IMG/VR virus record: IMGVR_UViG_3300019776_000212
Span: 32,212-96,211 of that record
DNA: 64,000 nt
Origin: a virus
Strand: one strand, 5' to 3'
The position numbers and the translations under genes were made by a program. Below the pieces are notes generated by a model. It worked only from the letters and a program-made list of their open reading frames with translations. It was not told the origin of the DNA and made no database searches. Position 1 is the stretch's first letter. Each line of letters begins with the position of its first letter. Below, in pieces: positions 48,395 through 59,207 of this stretch.

Positions 48395-48943
48395 TTATTT
48401 GCAAACGGTGATTGGATCAAATTCTGCAATTGCTCCATCATATTGACCTTGAAGTTCCACCGCCTCAATCCAGTCAATCTCGCTTACGATCACATTTGAG
48501 AACGCAAACTTGCAGACCAATTCGTACACCATGTAAATGTCATTGTCCCTCTTCTGGGCTGATCTAGGGAACTTAGTGACACCGTGCAAAGCCAGATTGT
48601 TAGCTGCTAGCAATTGATACCCCTTGGGTGTGCGTAGCATTAGCTGTAGCAAATTGACCATCTCGGATGTCTCTGTGTTGTGATCTTGTAGCCCGATAAA
48701 CTTGAAGCTGACGTCTGCCATGTTGTCTTGGATTGTAACCGAGGTAGCTATGTCTGCCGATGTAGGTGTTGCTAGGCTAGACTGATACTCACGTCCAATC
48801 ATTTTGATCTCCTGCACGTCAATTGAACAGTACGGAGAGAGTTGCGACTCTTCATTGTAGTATGCGAAGATCATTCTCCACTCAGGGAACAAACCTTCCA
48901 GCACATTGAAGATAGAGTCTTCTAGGTTTTGGTATGAGTTCAT
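48395..48943 (-). CDS. tail terminator/neck protein
   Basis: Synteny. Confidence 0.65.
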   Translation of the reverse strand: MNSYQNLEDSIFNVLEGLFPEWRMIFAYYNEESQLSPYCSIDVQEIKMIGREYQSSLATPTSADIATSVTIQDNMADVSFKFIGLQDHNTETSEMVNLLQLMLRTPKGYQLLAANNLALHGVTKFPRSAQKRDNDIYMVYELVCKFAFSNVIVSEIDWIEAVELQGQYDGAIAEFDPITVCK

Positions 48944-49308
48944 GTCAGTGATACCCTCATGCAAATTGCTTTGTAGTGGTTCAACACTCCCATGTCGTAG
49001 TCAATGACTTTCATCACTTCGTACAAATCACCCTTCCAGTAGAATCGGTCAGCAGCCCAGCCATTTGGGCCTTCTTTCAACTGACGGATCTCAGACCCCT
49101 TTGAGTATACTTTTAGGCAGGCTTTGCTCCTGTCTCCCTCTGGCAACAGAATAGTGTCAGTGGATTTCAAAACAGGCTGTACGTTGCATACAACCTGAAC
49201 AACAACTTCTTCACCCGGTACAGGTCGGCCACGATCAGTCCTGCCAGCCTCTCTTCGGATGATATCTAGCTTCACCCTTCCGACAGACAGTAGTGGTGGG
49301 ATTCTCAT
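48940..49308 (-). CDS. head-tail connector/closure protein
   Basis: NVQP..LPEG.R, HYKA motifs. Confidence 0.7.
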   Translation of the reverse strand: MRIPPLLSVGRVKLDIIRREAGRTDRGRPVPGEEVVVQVVCNVQPVLKSTDTILLPEGDRSKACLKVYSKGSEIRQLKEGPNGWAADRFYWKGDLYEVMKVIDYDMGVLNHYKAICMRVSLT

Positions 49309-49316
49309 GATACCTC

Positions 49317-49775
49317 CTATCTGAGTTTGAACTTCACAGATTCAAGCATTATATCTGTGTCACGTAGTGGCGTGTTCTTGCCCTTCCTCTCGATTGTTGC
49401 ACGGGAGTTACTACCGGGCCATGTTAGGATTCTTTTTCTAATCCTGTCGCTGGCTTCTGAACCTAGCTCTTTAAGCAGGCGTTGCACCTGCCTTCCATCA
49501 ATTAGTGATGACTGGAACGTCTTAGACATTATCTTGCCAAGAGCGTCCTGAGTCTCTCTGTCCCCAAAAGTTGTAGCCATGAATGGCCTTCTTGGGTTTG
49601 TAAGTGTGCCACGTTCGTTGAAGTAGGCTACTTGGGCAACTTGAAGGTTGTCGTTCTCAGGTCCGTACTTGTCCTCTTCAAAGAACCCGACGTCCATCTG
49701 AGTACCATCAAGCTTAGTTGTATTTCGAATAACAGATTCCAATTTCTTGGTGTCAAGCTTAAAGGTAAAACCCAT
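49317..49775 (-). CDS. neck/tail completion protein
   Basis: NE.GT...P.RPFM, NS..TI.RKG...PL.DT. Confidence 0.75.
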   Translation of the reverse strand: MGFTFKLDTKKLESVIRNTTKLDGTQMDVGFFEEDKYGPENDNLQVAQVAYFNERGTLTNPRRPFMATTFGDRETQDALGKIMSKTFQSSLIDGRQVQRLLKELGSEASDRIRKRILTWPGSNSRATIERKGKNTPLRDTDIMLESVKFKLR

Positions 49776-50223
49776 TCCTAACACCCTCATTGCAAACTGT
49801 TGCTCTGCTGTTTACACAACAAGGATCGTACATTGTACGTGCACCTGCAATGCCAAGCCTGACGTTTCGTGGGTCACACCTGTTGTTCAGCATGTCAACC
49901 AAATCAATACCACCAGCATAAGGCATAGCGATATCAATGCTGATGTTTGGATTCTTGATTACAAGGGTTAGTGCATCTTTGTAGTTCTTGAACCACTCAT
50001 TACCGTATACGTCAATGTCTCCAGTGCGTTCACGTGTAAAACGAGTGAGCTTGAACAAGATTGCACGAGCAGCATCCATTACAGCTCTTGAGAAACTGCC
50101 AGCCCTGTCAAGGAAGTATTGATAATCAGCATCGGACAACATCTCAAGGTCATCCCAAGTATCACCAACAGTTAGCCTAAGTTCATCGATCTTATTGGTG
50201 GCAGGGTTTCCAGTATAAGGCAT
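49759..50223 (-). CDS. head-tail adaptor
   Basis: RL.VGD...LSD..Y, PYAGGI. Confidence 0.75.
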   Translation of the reverse strand: MPYTGNPATNKIDELRLTVGDTWDDLEMLSDADYQYFLDRAGSFSRAVMDAARAILFKLTRFTRERTGDIDVYGNEWFKNYKDALTLVIKNPNISIDIAMPYAGGIDLVDMLNNRCDPRNVRLGIAGARTMYDPCCVNSRATVCNEGVRNGFYL

Positions 50224-50279
50224 AATCCCTCCTAAGGAACTTTGAACCAAAGAAGGGGCGCCGAAGCGCCCCTCTTCAA

Positions 50280-51329
50280 TTAGGCACCAACGATACCTTT
50301 AACGATCAACTGAGGACGACGAAGAACGTGCAGGAAGTTGGATTCCGATTGCAGTTCGATCATCTGACCACGGTTGTCGCCGTATTCGAAAGCGTACAGC
50401 TCTTTACCAGCAGTGTTCACGAAGTCGAAGTGGCTTGCTGGGCTGAAATATTGAACGAAGTTTTCGCCCATATCAGCTGGCAGGAAGTAGGCTTCGTTTG
50501 CAGGGATGTAACGAACCCCGTCTGGGCCTGTACCACGGTATTCGATGTAGGTGATCGAACCGATAGTGAACGAACGGTAACGGGCGTCGTATCCACCAGC
50601 ACGCAGACGTTCCATCAGGATGTTGGGCTGCATCTGATACGCAAGGTACAGAGCTTTCATTGTTGGGTGAGCAATCAGTTTGCTAAAGAACTCAGGGGAG
50701 GCGATAGCAAAGATTTCACCACGGATGCTACCATCGTGTGCACCGTCTTGGATGTGAGCGAACACTTCCTCGGTCTTGGCGATGATGTCTGTGGTGCTGA
50801 CGTTCAGTTGGAAGTCAACAGTTTTACGTGTTGCACCAAACTCTGTGTACCAGTCGTAGCTTACGTTGCCGTTAGGAGCGTAAGGAGTACCTGTTACGAT
50901 TGTGTGCCAGATGGCTTTTTCTGTGGTAGCCGACCAGCTTTGACGCATAGTTTCCAGCTTACGTGCACGCACGGCAGCAATGGTTTCTAGGATGTCAACA
51001 CCGTAAGCACGCTTACCTTGGATGTCACTTGGAGTGATTGCATCGTCAAGTGTAAAGTGCGGAATCGCGTAGGATTGCATTTTACGGGTTGGGTCGATGC
51101 TCACTTGGTGACGGGCGCCACGGTGAACGTCAGTGATGATCCCGTGACCTTTTGTGATCACTTCAACAACAACTGACTCTTGGCTTACGAAATCTTTACC
51201 AAACAAACCTAGTTGTTGTCCCAGACCCCAGACGTTCGGAACGATCATCAGAGGGGCTGTAAGGTCTTGGTACTCGTAGTTGTTGCCGTCGTAGCTACGT
51301 ACAGCGGCCTTTGCGATTTGAACAGTCAT
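50280..51329 (-). CDS. major capsid protein
   Basis: Lambda E-like features; C-terminal SESN.L...RP; followed by terminator. Confidence 0.9.
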   Translation of the reverse strand: MTVQIAKAAVRSYDGNNYEYQDLTAPLMIVPNVWGLGQQLGLFGKDFVSQESVVVEVITKGHGIITDVHRGARHQVSIDPTRKMQSYAIPHFTLDDAITPSDIQGKRAYGVDILETIAAVRARKLETMRQSWSATTEKAIWHTIVTGTPYAPNGNVSYDWYTEFGATRKTVDFQLNVSTTDIIAKTEEVFAHIQDGAHDGSIRGEIFAIASPEFFSKLIAHPTMKALYLAYQMQPNILMERLRAGGYDARYRSFTIGSITYIEYRGTGPDGVRYIPANEAYFLPADMGENFVQYFSPASHFDFVNTAGKELYAFEYGDNRGQMIELQSESNFLHVLRRPQLIVKGIVGA

Positions 51330-51344
51330 GGATTTCTCCTTCTA

Positions 51345-51734
51345 TTAGTTACGGATGGTGATGTCAAGCTGATCAACAACGAAGATGTTCAGTGTCTTCA
51401 ACTTAGCAAATGCAGCAGGCTTGTCAGCGTCTAGTACATCAGATCCGAATACCAGTGCACGACCACCAACCTTGGCATGACCACGGGCAAGAACTTGAAC
51501 GTTCTTAAACTCTTTCGAAGCTGGTGTGGTCAGGTCGTCAATCAGGATGTAAGTGGCATCGGCAACGGTGGCCTTAACTACCAGCTTACCAGCGCTGTCC
51601 AGAACCGATCCAGTGATGGTGGCGTCTGTAACAACAGTCTTTGCCAGAATCTCGCGGGTTACACCAGATCCAGCTTCTTCTTCGTACTTAAGCCAGTTAG
51701 AAAGGCGTTGTACGTCAGCAGCATATTGAGCCAT
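51345..51734 (-). CDS. head decoration protein
   Basis: Directly upstream of MCP; VLARG motif. Confidence 0.7.
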   Translation of the reverse strand: MAQYAADVQRLSNWLKYEEEAGSGVTREILAKTVVTDATITGSVLDSAGKLVVKATVADATYILIDDLTTPASKEFKNVQVLARGHAKVGGRALVFGSDVLDADKPAAFAKLKTLNIFVVDQLDITIRN

Positions 51735-51752
51735 ATTTTAATTCTCCTAGAA

Positions 51753-52670
51753 TTAGTCTTTGATGCCGTAGCGATCTTTAAGGATTTGTGTTGTACGATC
51801 TACTACAACCGGGTCTTGTTCGCCAGCACCGCTCACGCCTTTTTGCACGAACATGTCAGCGTCAGTTGAAGTTACACTTGCTGGTGAAACAAACTTAAGA
51901 GTTGCAGCGAAAGCTTCATCGCTCAGAGTAGACAGAGATTTGAACAGCTCTTCAACTTGGTCAGCAGGAACTTTGGCAGCAACGATAGCTTCTTTACGAG
52001 CCTTAACTACAGCCTCAGCAGCGGCAGTTTCAAACTCAGCAACTTTGGCTTGTGCAGTGGCCAGTTCTGCTTTTGCTTCATCAAGTGACTTCTGAACAAT
52101 TGCAACAGCGGCAACGCCAGCAGCTTTCTCAACTTCTACAGCAGCGGCGACAGCTTCAATGTGTGCCGACTTTAGGATGGTATCCAATGTTGTTTCCTCT
52201 TGGGTTGTGGTTTGCTCAGAGATATTCCCCAGAGCCTTTTCCAACGTCTCTTGATCTTGCTTGAGAGTCAGGGTTTGTTCTGGAGTCAACTCAGATAGAG
52301 CCTTCTCCACATCCTCAGAACGATAGACAGCTTTCATGATATTCATGGATTCAATCTTCTGATCAATCCAATCCTTACCACTATCGAAATCAGGATATTC
52401 TGTACGACCGTAGCCCATTGCAACAGAAAGAACCTCGGCGTCATCGTAGTACATACCGAAGAACTTACGAAGGAACTCAGGGAATTGCAAAGTTACAGTC
52501 ACTTCCTTTGCCTTTTCAATCACTGCCTCTGGGATAGTGTTTGTGGCTTTGGTAATTAGTGTTGTGTGCCCATTTGCTGCACCGCCTTGGGCGATCCCAA
52601 CAAGGGCAACGTGAGCACCTTCATGCTCAAACTTGATGTCTGTGAGCTTACGAGTAGCTTTAATTGTCAT
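51753..52670 (-). CDS. capsid scaffold protein
   Basis: HVALV...GAANG N-terminus; Ala-rich coiled coil. Confidence 0.7.
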   Translation of the reverse strand: MTIKATRKLTDIKFEHEGAHVALVGIAQGGAANGHTTLITKATNTIPEAVIEKAKEVTVTLQFPEFLRKFFGMYYDDAEVLSVAMGYGRTEYPDFDSGKDWIDQKIESMNIMKAVYRSEDVEKALSELTPEQTLTLKQDQETLEKALGNISEQTTTQEETTLDTILKSAHIEAVAAAVEVEKAAGVAAVAIVQKSLDEAKAELATAQAKVAEFETAAAEAVVKARKEAIVAAKVPADQVEELFKSLSTLSDEAFAATLKFVSPASVTSTDADMFVQKGVSGAGEQDPVVVDRTTQILKDRYGIKD

Positions 52671-53128
52671 TGCACGTCCTCAACGTTGGCTTTAGCTCCG
52701 ATGGAGACGCCAGTGATATCACCAGTTTTTACACCCTCCCAAAGTAGATCGCCTACCTCAGTTTCAGGGAAATGCCACCACTGCAACCAAGTACCCTTCT
52801 GGATAACTCGGCCATCATCTGTGGTGAACGATGCTGGTGTAATGAATGATTGAACGATCTCAGCTTCCTGAGTTTCCACTTTGTGGAACAGGTTTGCTGT
52901 ATTGCAGTGTTGGTTGAAGTTGATACAAGCCTTCTCAATCTCTTCCTCGGTGTATGTGTCACCGTGAAGGTCGGTAGTTGTATCTCCACTCTGTGGCTCA
53001 AGCACAACGAACATTGCCATTCGCTTTTCTTGGTCTACAGACTTGGTCACTTCAACCTCAGGGGAAGTCTTATTAGACTCCCCAAAGGCTTTAGTCAACA
53101 CAGCAACAAGAGTTTCAAGAGTAATCAT
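52667..53128 (-). CDS. XkdF-like prohead protease
   Basis: DLHGD, N..H, GTW, W..VK.G..TG.SIG. Confidence 0.8.
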   Translation of the reverse strand: MITLETLVAVLTKAFGESNKTSPEVEVTKSVDQEKRMAMFVVLEPQSGDTTTDLHGDTYTEEEIEKACINFNQHCNTANLFHKVETQEAEIVQSFITPASFTTDDGRVIQKGTWLQWWHFPETEVGDLLWEGVKTGDITGVSIGAKANVEDVQ

Positions 53129-53136
53129 GATCTCTC

Positions 53137-54579
53137 CTATGCGTTGTTAGCAGCTGAGTTGTCTCTGCCGCTGGCTGTCCTTGATGCTCCATTACCTACG
53201 CCAGCTTTACCGGCTTGTGATTGGCCACCCATGATGTTGTCTTCCTTCACTTCCTCATCATCAGGACGAGGCTTGACGCCCAACACTTCACGCATCTTGT
53301 TCATAATCTCACGATCACGTTCAAGACCACCAACACTACCAATACGCTGCACGGCTTTGGAGAATTCATCCAAGTCAACTTCGTCAAGGTCACCATACTG
53401 CAACTTAGGAAGATCTTTACGAGGTGTAAAGTCTTTGTTCAGTGCAAACAGCTGTGGAATCAAGTCGTTGTTTAGTGTGTCTTGGATCTCTTGTAGGCGA
53501 GCTTCGATAGCCATCGCCATGATGTTTGTTTTTGCACCAGCTAGCGAGTATGAACCAACTTGGTCCTGACCCATCTTCAACATGTCAGCAAACAAAGCCA
53601 TCAGGATCTTGTTGTCCCAACGTTTGATGATTGCGTCAGTGTCGTACATCTTACCGCCTTGTGTGCTCATTAGTTCAAACTTGAACAATGGTTGGCGGGA
53701 ATCAGGATCATACTGCTGAGGAAGAATCAAACCACTCTGCTCGTTCATCTGGATGTTACGGATGACCCTTTCGTAGTAGGCCCTTACTGCCTTCTCGTTT
53801 GGGCTTGCATCATCAGACAAATAGCGTGGTGGAAGGTAGAGAGTTGGCATACCGTTCATGTCACGGGTGACACCAATGGCTTCCTGCTCTTCAATGATTG
53901 TGCGATACTTCCAAGCGTGGTATGCTGCACGCAATGGGCTGTTGCCTTCCGGGTTATCTCTCCGAGCATCTACGCGGAAAAGAAGAAACTTCTTACGAGG
54001 GATCTCTACAGTGCCATCATTACTGTCCATCTTGATATAACGATCTGAACCGTCGAAGATTAGGGACAGGTTTTGTTCAACTCCATTAAGTGTTCTACCA
54101 TCGTCAGAGAAGATCCAACGGCTGATAGTGTCTTGGGAGCGGATTGGCAATGAGCGGATGCCCACTTTACCATCGTCGTAGTCGGAGCCATTTGCGCGGC
54201 TCCGGACTCGATAAACTTTTTCTTGTACTGAGAATCCATATGTGAAGCAGCTTGTCACTTCCTGAATGAATGAACGCCATGAATGTTCCATGTCGTGCAT
54301 GCACTCTTCAAGAAACTTGCCACGAGCCTTAGAACTCTCGTCTGGGTCAACACCCAAGTCTACGGTCCAATCAACTCTGCTCACCATCATCTCAAACAAT
54401 GACAAAGCTGAGTAGATTGTAGCGTCCTGAGCCATCGTTGAGAATGTTCGGCAAGCTTGTGGGAACCTAAGTTCTCTGCGAGCCTCCTCAGCGATGTGTC
54501 CGTTATACTGTCTCAGGCCAACTTGACCAATCTCTCCAAGCCTCATACGAGGGAGAGCTGCTTTGTCAATGTCTTCCAT
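53137..54579 (-). CDS. portal protein
   Basis: YGFSVQEKVY, NPEGNSPL, GSYSLA; follows TerL. Confidence 0.9.
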   Translation of the reverse strand: MEDIDKAALPRMRLGEIGQVGLRQYNGHIAEEARRELRFPQACRTFSTMAQDATIYSALSLFEMMVSRVDWTVDLGVDPDESSKARGKFLEECMHDMEHSWRSFIQEVTSCFTYGFSVQEKVYRVRSRANGSDYDDGKVGIRSLPIRSQDTISRWIFSDDGRTLNGVEQNLSLIFDGSDRYIKMDSNDGTVEIPRKKFLLFRVDARRDNPEGNSPLRAAYHAWKYRTIIEEQEAIGVTRDMNGMPTLYLPPRYLSDDASPNEKAVRAYYERVIRNIQMNEQSGLILPQQYDPDSRQPLFKFELMSTQGGKMYDTDAIIKRWDNKILMALFADMLKMGQDQVGSYSLAGAKTNIMAMAIEARLQEIQDTLNNDLIPQLFALNKDFTPRKDLPKLQYGDLDEVDLDEFSKAVQRIGSVGGLERDREIMNKMREVLGVKPRPDDEEVKEDNIMGGQSQAGKAGVGNGASRTASGRDNSAANNA

Positions 54580-54588
54580 AAGGGCCTC

Positions 54589-56130
54589 TTAGTAAAGTTT
54601 GAAGTGGTTATGTTGAACCATTTCAGGGATAGTGAAATCAGGAATATGAATGTCTGTGGATAGTGCGTTGAATGCATCGGACGTTGCGTCCACCATGTCA
54701 TCCTTGATGTTACGCGATCCATCAAATCGTTCAAGTTCTGAAATATAATCTTCGTTCCAAACATCAACCACCATTTGTACACCACCAGCTTCTGCAACAG
54801 CAGCGAACGGTGCAAATCGGGTTAGCTTGGATTTGTTTGTGGCTTTCATTCGAGCATAGAAGCCGTGCTCTGCCAAGTCCCGCACAAGCTGTGCTGCGTA
54901 TGCTTTACCAGCTGCTCCGGGGTCTTGAGGGATAATGATTTGAACATCATCGCCGTCTTGTTTTGCTGTATCTAGTATTAGGTCAAAAACACCACCATGT
55001 CTACGTCGTTCTCTAACAACGTGCTCAACAGTGTACATTGAGTTTTTGTCCTTCGACATAAGCACACCAGCTGTCCAGTCTGGATCAGGGTTGGTGTCGC
55101 TTGGCATCGTACCGGAGATATCCCACGCTCTGACTCGCTTCAAGGCGTTTAGAGGTGGCATTGGAAGTTTATGTACCCACTCCTCTTTGAAGTAACCTGC
55201 ACCCTCTTCACGGGCCAGCCAAGAGCCATCAAGAAGACGTTCTCGGTCTACACGAGGCTGAGCTTCAAGCTGAGCTACGTAGTCAGGGTTGTTCAACATC
55301 AGGATAGGGTTGTCGAAGCAGTTGGCTGCGATGAACTTGAACGATACAGGCTTCACCTGATCTTCATCATCATACCCAAGGTTTTTACGACCATACAGGT
55401 CGATTGCTTCTTCTCTTGTTGCAGCCCAGTTCATCTTTCCGCCGAGACGGACAAACCAGCGAGTTACACCAGAACGTTCAGGAATGGGAATCCCTGTGTT
55501 AGGGTCAAGCCACCAATCAATCCATTTACGCAAGAATGAGTCATAGTCTGGGTTACATGTAATCTTCATGTGTGGTGGAACTTCTGGACACTTAGGGTTA
55601 CGCATACGTGATTGTAGGTACGTTACCATCGTCTCCAAGAACTGCTGTCCTTCGTCCACCAAGAACTTGTTTACTTCCCAACCTTGGAAGTTGTCACGGT
55701 CAGCCTCTGTCTCAAAGTGTCGAAGGAAGATCGATGCACCAGATGAGAAAACAAACTTACCGTCTTTGTCTTTCCAACGTACTTTTGGGTCAACAAGTTT
55801 GAATAGGTCCATACACTTCTCGTGCAAACCACCCGGCCCTTTTAGCTGGGGAGTTGTCCGGCGTGTCATAACGCCACGGAAGGCAGGTAGGTGAATGTAC
55901 TGTAGGAAGTCCATTACACCGAGGTATGATTTACCAGCACCGGCGGCACCACCAAATACTGTAATGGTGGCATCACTTTGCATAAACTCAAGCTGCTTGA
56001 AACTTTTAGGACCGATTACGTTTTCGCTTAGGTCGAAATTATCTCTGGCCTCTTTAAGGGCATCAGCAATGCGACTTCTAGGCTTGTTAGGTACTGGGGG
56101 TAGCTCGTTGACAACAGTGATCTGTTCCAT
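54589..56130 (-). CDS. terminase large subunit
   Basis: GGAAGAGKS Walker A, LVDE, TCNP, RAWD, DDMVDA. Confidence 0.95.
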   Translation of the reverse strand: MEQITVVNELPPVPNKPRSRIADALKEARDNFDLSENVIGPKSFKQLEFMQSDATITVFGGAAGAGKSYLGVMDFLQYIHLPAFRGVMTRRTTPQLKGPGGLHEKCMDLFKLVDPKVRWKDKDGKFVFSSGASIFLRHFETEADRDNFQGWEVNKFLVDEGQQFLETMVTYLQSRMRNPKCPEVPPHMKITCNPDYDSFLRKWIDWWLDPNTGIPIPERSGVTRWFVRLGGKMNWAATREEAIDLYGRKNLGYDDEDQVKPVSFKFIAANCFDNPILMLNNPDYVAQLEAQPRVDRERLLDGSWLAREEGAGYFKEEWVHKLPMPPLNALKRVRAWDISGTMPSDTNPDPDWTAGVLMSKDKNSMYTVEHVVRERRRHGGVFDLILDTAKQDGDDVQIIIPQDPGAAGKAYAAQLVRDLAEHGFYARMKATNKSKLTRFAPFAAVAEAGGVQMVVDVWNEDYISELERFDGSRNIKDDMVDATSDAFNALSTDIHIPDFTIPEMVQHNHFKLY

Positions 56131-56218
56131 AACTGCATCTCCTGATGAAGGAGACTTTGTTATGAAGGCTTGTGTTGTCTCCGTTAATGTGGTGGGCTTC
56201 TTTGCCCTTATATGAGTA

Positions 56219-56260
56219 GTATGCCACAGAAATTAATCATGTCAACCCCTGTGGCATACA
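56219..56260 (-). promoter_or_regulatory. terL promoter embedded in an 11-bp inverted repeat
   Basis: TTGACA...CATACT; GTATGCCACAG/CTGTGGCATAC. Confidence 0.55.
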
Positions 56261-56267
56261 TTTTGCT

Positions 56268-56609
56268 TTATGGTGTGAATGTCTCACCAATTGCAATTAC
56301 ATGAATCACCGTACCATCTGGTACAGTTCTAACTGTAGGTCCGAGAACCAAAAGGTTTGCACCTCTCACCGCATAGCCACTTGCACTTGTTGTAGTTGGC
56401 GCACCACTCAAACTGGCAAAGCCTCTGTCATAAACGTTGGCGCTGTTCAGCAAGCATGTTGCATGTACAATCGGTGCTTCGGTGAAACCTGCTGCGGTGT
56501 AGTCCACAGACCAAGTCCCGCCAGACACTGTTGCCTTTCCTACCCAAATCATTGGGCCATCCATGATTCCATTGAGGTCGTAGCCCCACACTGCGATATG
56601 ATCTGACAT
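56268..56609 (-). CDS. putative fibre-associated protein
   Basis: F...P...VIAIG gp53/H-lectin-like pattern. Confidence 0.7.
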   Translation of the reverse strand: MSDHIAVWGYDLNGIMDGPMIWVGKATVSGGTWSVDYTAAGFTEAPIVHATCLLNSANVYDRGFASLSGAPTTTSASGYAVRGANLLVLGPTVRTVPDGTVIHVIAIGETFTP

Positions 56610-56618
56610 ATTGCCTCC

Positions 56619-59207
56619 TTACAATACCCTATACATGAAGTTGAAGTAGTGGTCACGAGCAACAGAGCTTCCAGATTGGAACTCAATGATGGCCCTGTCG
56701 TTTGCAGTGTTGGCCATAATAGCTCCAGACTGGTTTGTATCTCCACAAGAAGATACTCCAGCCAAGTCACCAGTGGCTGCCAAGTTTGATGCGATTGGAA
56801 GTGACAACTCAATTCTGGTTGTTGTACCAGAGCTTGTTGGGTCAATATTGATCCTGCCGTTCACAGTCACCATACCATCAACCCTTGTGTACATGCACAG
56901 GAATGCCGTAGAAGCTGCTGTGTTTGTAGAGTTTGTCAAGGTTGGTGTATATGTCCCGCCAACCATTGTAGGTGCCGAGATTGTAATGTCGTTTGTATTC
57001 TGAGTGACTGTAATCAGCCCAGAACCAACAACAGACCTTATGGCTGCGTTACCAGATACGTTACCTTGGTAAACTTGAGCACCAGATCCAACGTTTGACA
57101 GCAACTTGACGTTGTAACCGTTTGTTGTCAGGTAAGTGCCTACTCTTGCATCTGTGTAATACAGATTTGTCAGTTCTGAGATGTTGCTTGTGTTCAGAAC
57201 GACGGCACCAGTAGATCCGTTTACAGACGTCACTGGAGGTGCAGGAACGTTGATTGTGATGTCATTTGTGTTCTGGGTAACTGCTGCTACGCCAGTACCA
57301 ATGATCGACCTAAGTGTGACAGCGCCAGATGAGTTTGTGGCATATACACTGGAACCAGCACCAACGCTTGCAACGCTCTTAACGTTGTAGCCTGTCGAGG
57401 TTAGGTAGTTGCTCACTCTCAAGTCTGTGTAGTAAAGGTTTGACCCTTCTGCTACGTTAGTGGTTGACAGTACAACTGCACCAGTTTGTCCATTGACGCT
57501 TGTAACAGATGCGGCAGGTACGTTAATGGTGATATCGTTTGCATTCTGTGTAACAGTGGCAGCCCCAGTCCCGATGATAGATCTGAAACTTGCGATACCG
57601 CCAACAGCACCTTGGAATACACCTCCACCAGTGCCTACGTTGTTAGCAGACCTGATTGTGTATCCGTTCGCTGCTAGGTACGATCCAACCCTTGCATCGG
57701 TGTAGTATAGGCTGCCGGACTCTGGGATGTTACCTGTGTTAAGGGATACAACCCCAGTGCCACCATTCACAGACTGTACGGGTGCGGCAGCAGACGCCTC
57801 AGCAGCAGTTGTATACTGAGGGTGAGGATCTACAGCAGCGTTGTGCTGTGTAATGCTTAGGTTGATTGCAGCTTGTTGGGCTGTAGACACTGGCTTGTTG
57901 ATGTCAGATGTGTTATCCGCGTTAGCAAGGCCAACATCAGCTTTCACAAGAGTTACGGCCCCAGTCTTACCAGCAACAGACGTGACTGGAATAGCAGAGG
58001 CTGTAATGTACCCAGAATCGTTTGTAAGCTCTGATGTTGACGAAGGGATGGTAGGCTTACCTGTAAGGTCTGCATACGCCCCAGAGGTCGCCACAGGGGC
58101 CAATCCTCCCACATCAGCTGCTGTCAACACAACCACACCAGTACGACCGGCTACACTAACAACACCATCCTTGATGGCAGACATAGATAGTCTGTTTGTC
58201 CCAGTTAGGCTTGTCAGTTTGTCTCTGATGTTAGCTGGCGTGTAATCACGGAGCATTACAACATCTTGGAACGTCCCAAGCTGATCAAGGCCACCAAAGT
58301 ATGCAACACCGTTTGAGTCACCTTTCAGTGCTACAACATCTGCTTCAATTTCAAATCTAACAGCCTGACCTGTTCTAAGGATCAGAGGTGTGTCATTGAA
58401 GTCGAATGTGTTGTCACCAACTGTCCAAGTTAGCCCGCCAACGCCAGTTTCCCAAGCCTCTTTTGTAGGAACATATTTCAGTGCAACATTGTTAGACACT
58501 TGAGTAATCTTGATTCTAACGTTGTGCATTGCTGCAAATGTTCGCATGAACAGTGAGTATGTTCTTGACGTGTTTTGGATTGTATAATCGAACACAAGTG
58601 GATTTGTAGACAGACTGCTTGTATCAACAGGTTGAGCTACAAACTGGAAAGCTTGAGCATCAGCCATGAATGCACTAGGCACCGATGAAGCAGCGTCACG
58701 AGGTGTGTAATAGTCCAGTACAGTGTATGGACGGTTATTCACCATGTTGTTTACTTGCAGGAATCCTGCTGCCTCAGACAGCAACAGAACATCCCCAAAC
58801 TTAACAGAACCTGATTCTACACCAAACCCCGGTGGGGCTAGCAAGCTTCCGTCATCCAGCACTCTCATACGAGATCCACCGAATGTACCGTCAAGTCTCT
58901 TGAATGGAAGTTGACCAACTGGCACGTCAACTAGGGATGCAACCTCTCCCGGCTCACCTTGCAGTACTGGGGTGTAATCAACCCAAACTCCACCAGAGTA
59001 TCCTTGGAATGTTGTGGCTCCAGTGTACACCAATCTAATCAGTAGGTTTGGGTTGCCTTGATAGGCTGCGAACACAGAAGGATTAGAAGTGAAATATGTG
59101 TCTCGGGCAAGCTCAGCCGCAGCCAAGTCTGCACCAGTGAATGTGTTCTGCTCTGGGCCAAGTCTTAGACCCCCAGAGTTGCTACCACCCGGCTTACTCC
59201 AAGTCAT
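56619..59207 (-). CDS. large repeat-containing fibre-like virion protein
   Basis: Repeated VTSVNGxTGAVVL and NLYYTDARV; DPHPQY motif. Confidence 0.8.
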   Translation of the reverse strand: MTWSKPGGSNSGGLRLGPEQNTFTGADLAAAELARDTYFTSNPSVFAAYQGNPNLLIRLVYTGATTFQGYSGGVWVDYTPVLQGEPGEVASLVDVPVGQLPFKRLDGTFGGSRMRVLDDGSLLAPPGFGVESGSVKFGDVLLLSEAAGFLQVNNMVNNRPYTVLDYYTPRDAASSVPSAFMADAQAFQFVAQPVDTSSLSTNPLVFDYTIQNTSRTYSLFMRTFAAMHNVRIKITQVSNNVALKYVPTKEAWETGVGGLTWTVGDNTFDFNDTPLILRTGQAVRFEIEADVVALKGDSNGVAYFGGLDQLGTFQDVVMLRDYTPANIRDKLTSLTGTNRLSMSAIKDGVVSVAGRTGVVVLTAADVGGLAPVATSGAYADLTGKPTIPSSTSELTNDSGYITASAIPVTSVAGKTGAVTLVKADVGLANADNTSDINKPVSTAQQAAINLSITQHNAAVDPHPQYTTAAEASAAAPVQSVNGGTGVVSLNTGNIPESGSLYYTDARVGSYLAANGYTIRSANNVGTGGGVFQGAVGGIASFRSIIGTGAATVTQNANDITINVPAASVTSVNGQTGAVVLSTTNVAEGSNLYYTDLRVSNYLTSTGYNVKSVASVGAGSSVYATNSSGAVTLRSIIGTGVAAVTQNTNDITINVPAPPVTSVNGSTGAVVLNTSNISELTNLYYTDARVGTYLTTNGYNVKLLSNVGSGAQVYQGNVSGNAAIRSVVGSGLITVTQNTNDITISAPTMVGGTYTPTLTNSTNTAASTAFLCMYTRVDGMVTVNGRINIDPTSSGTTTRIELSLPIASNLAATGDLAGVSSCGDTNQSGAIMANTANDRAIIEFQSGSSVARDHYFNFMYRVL

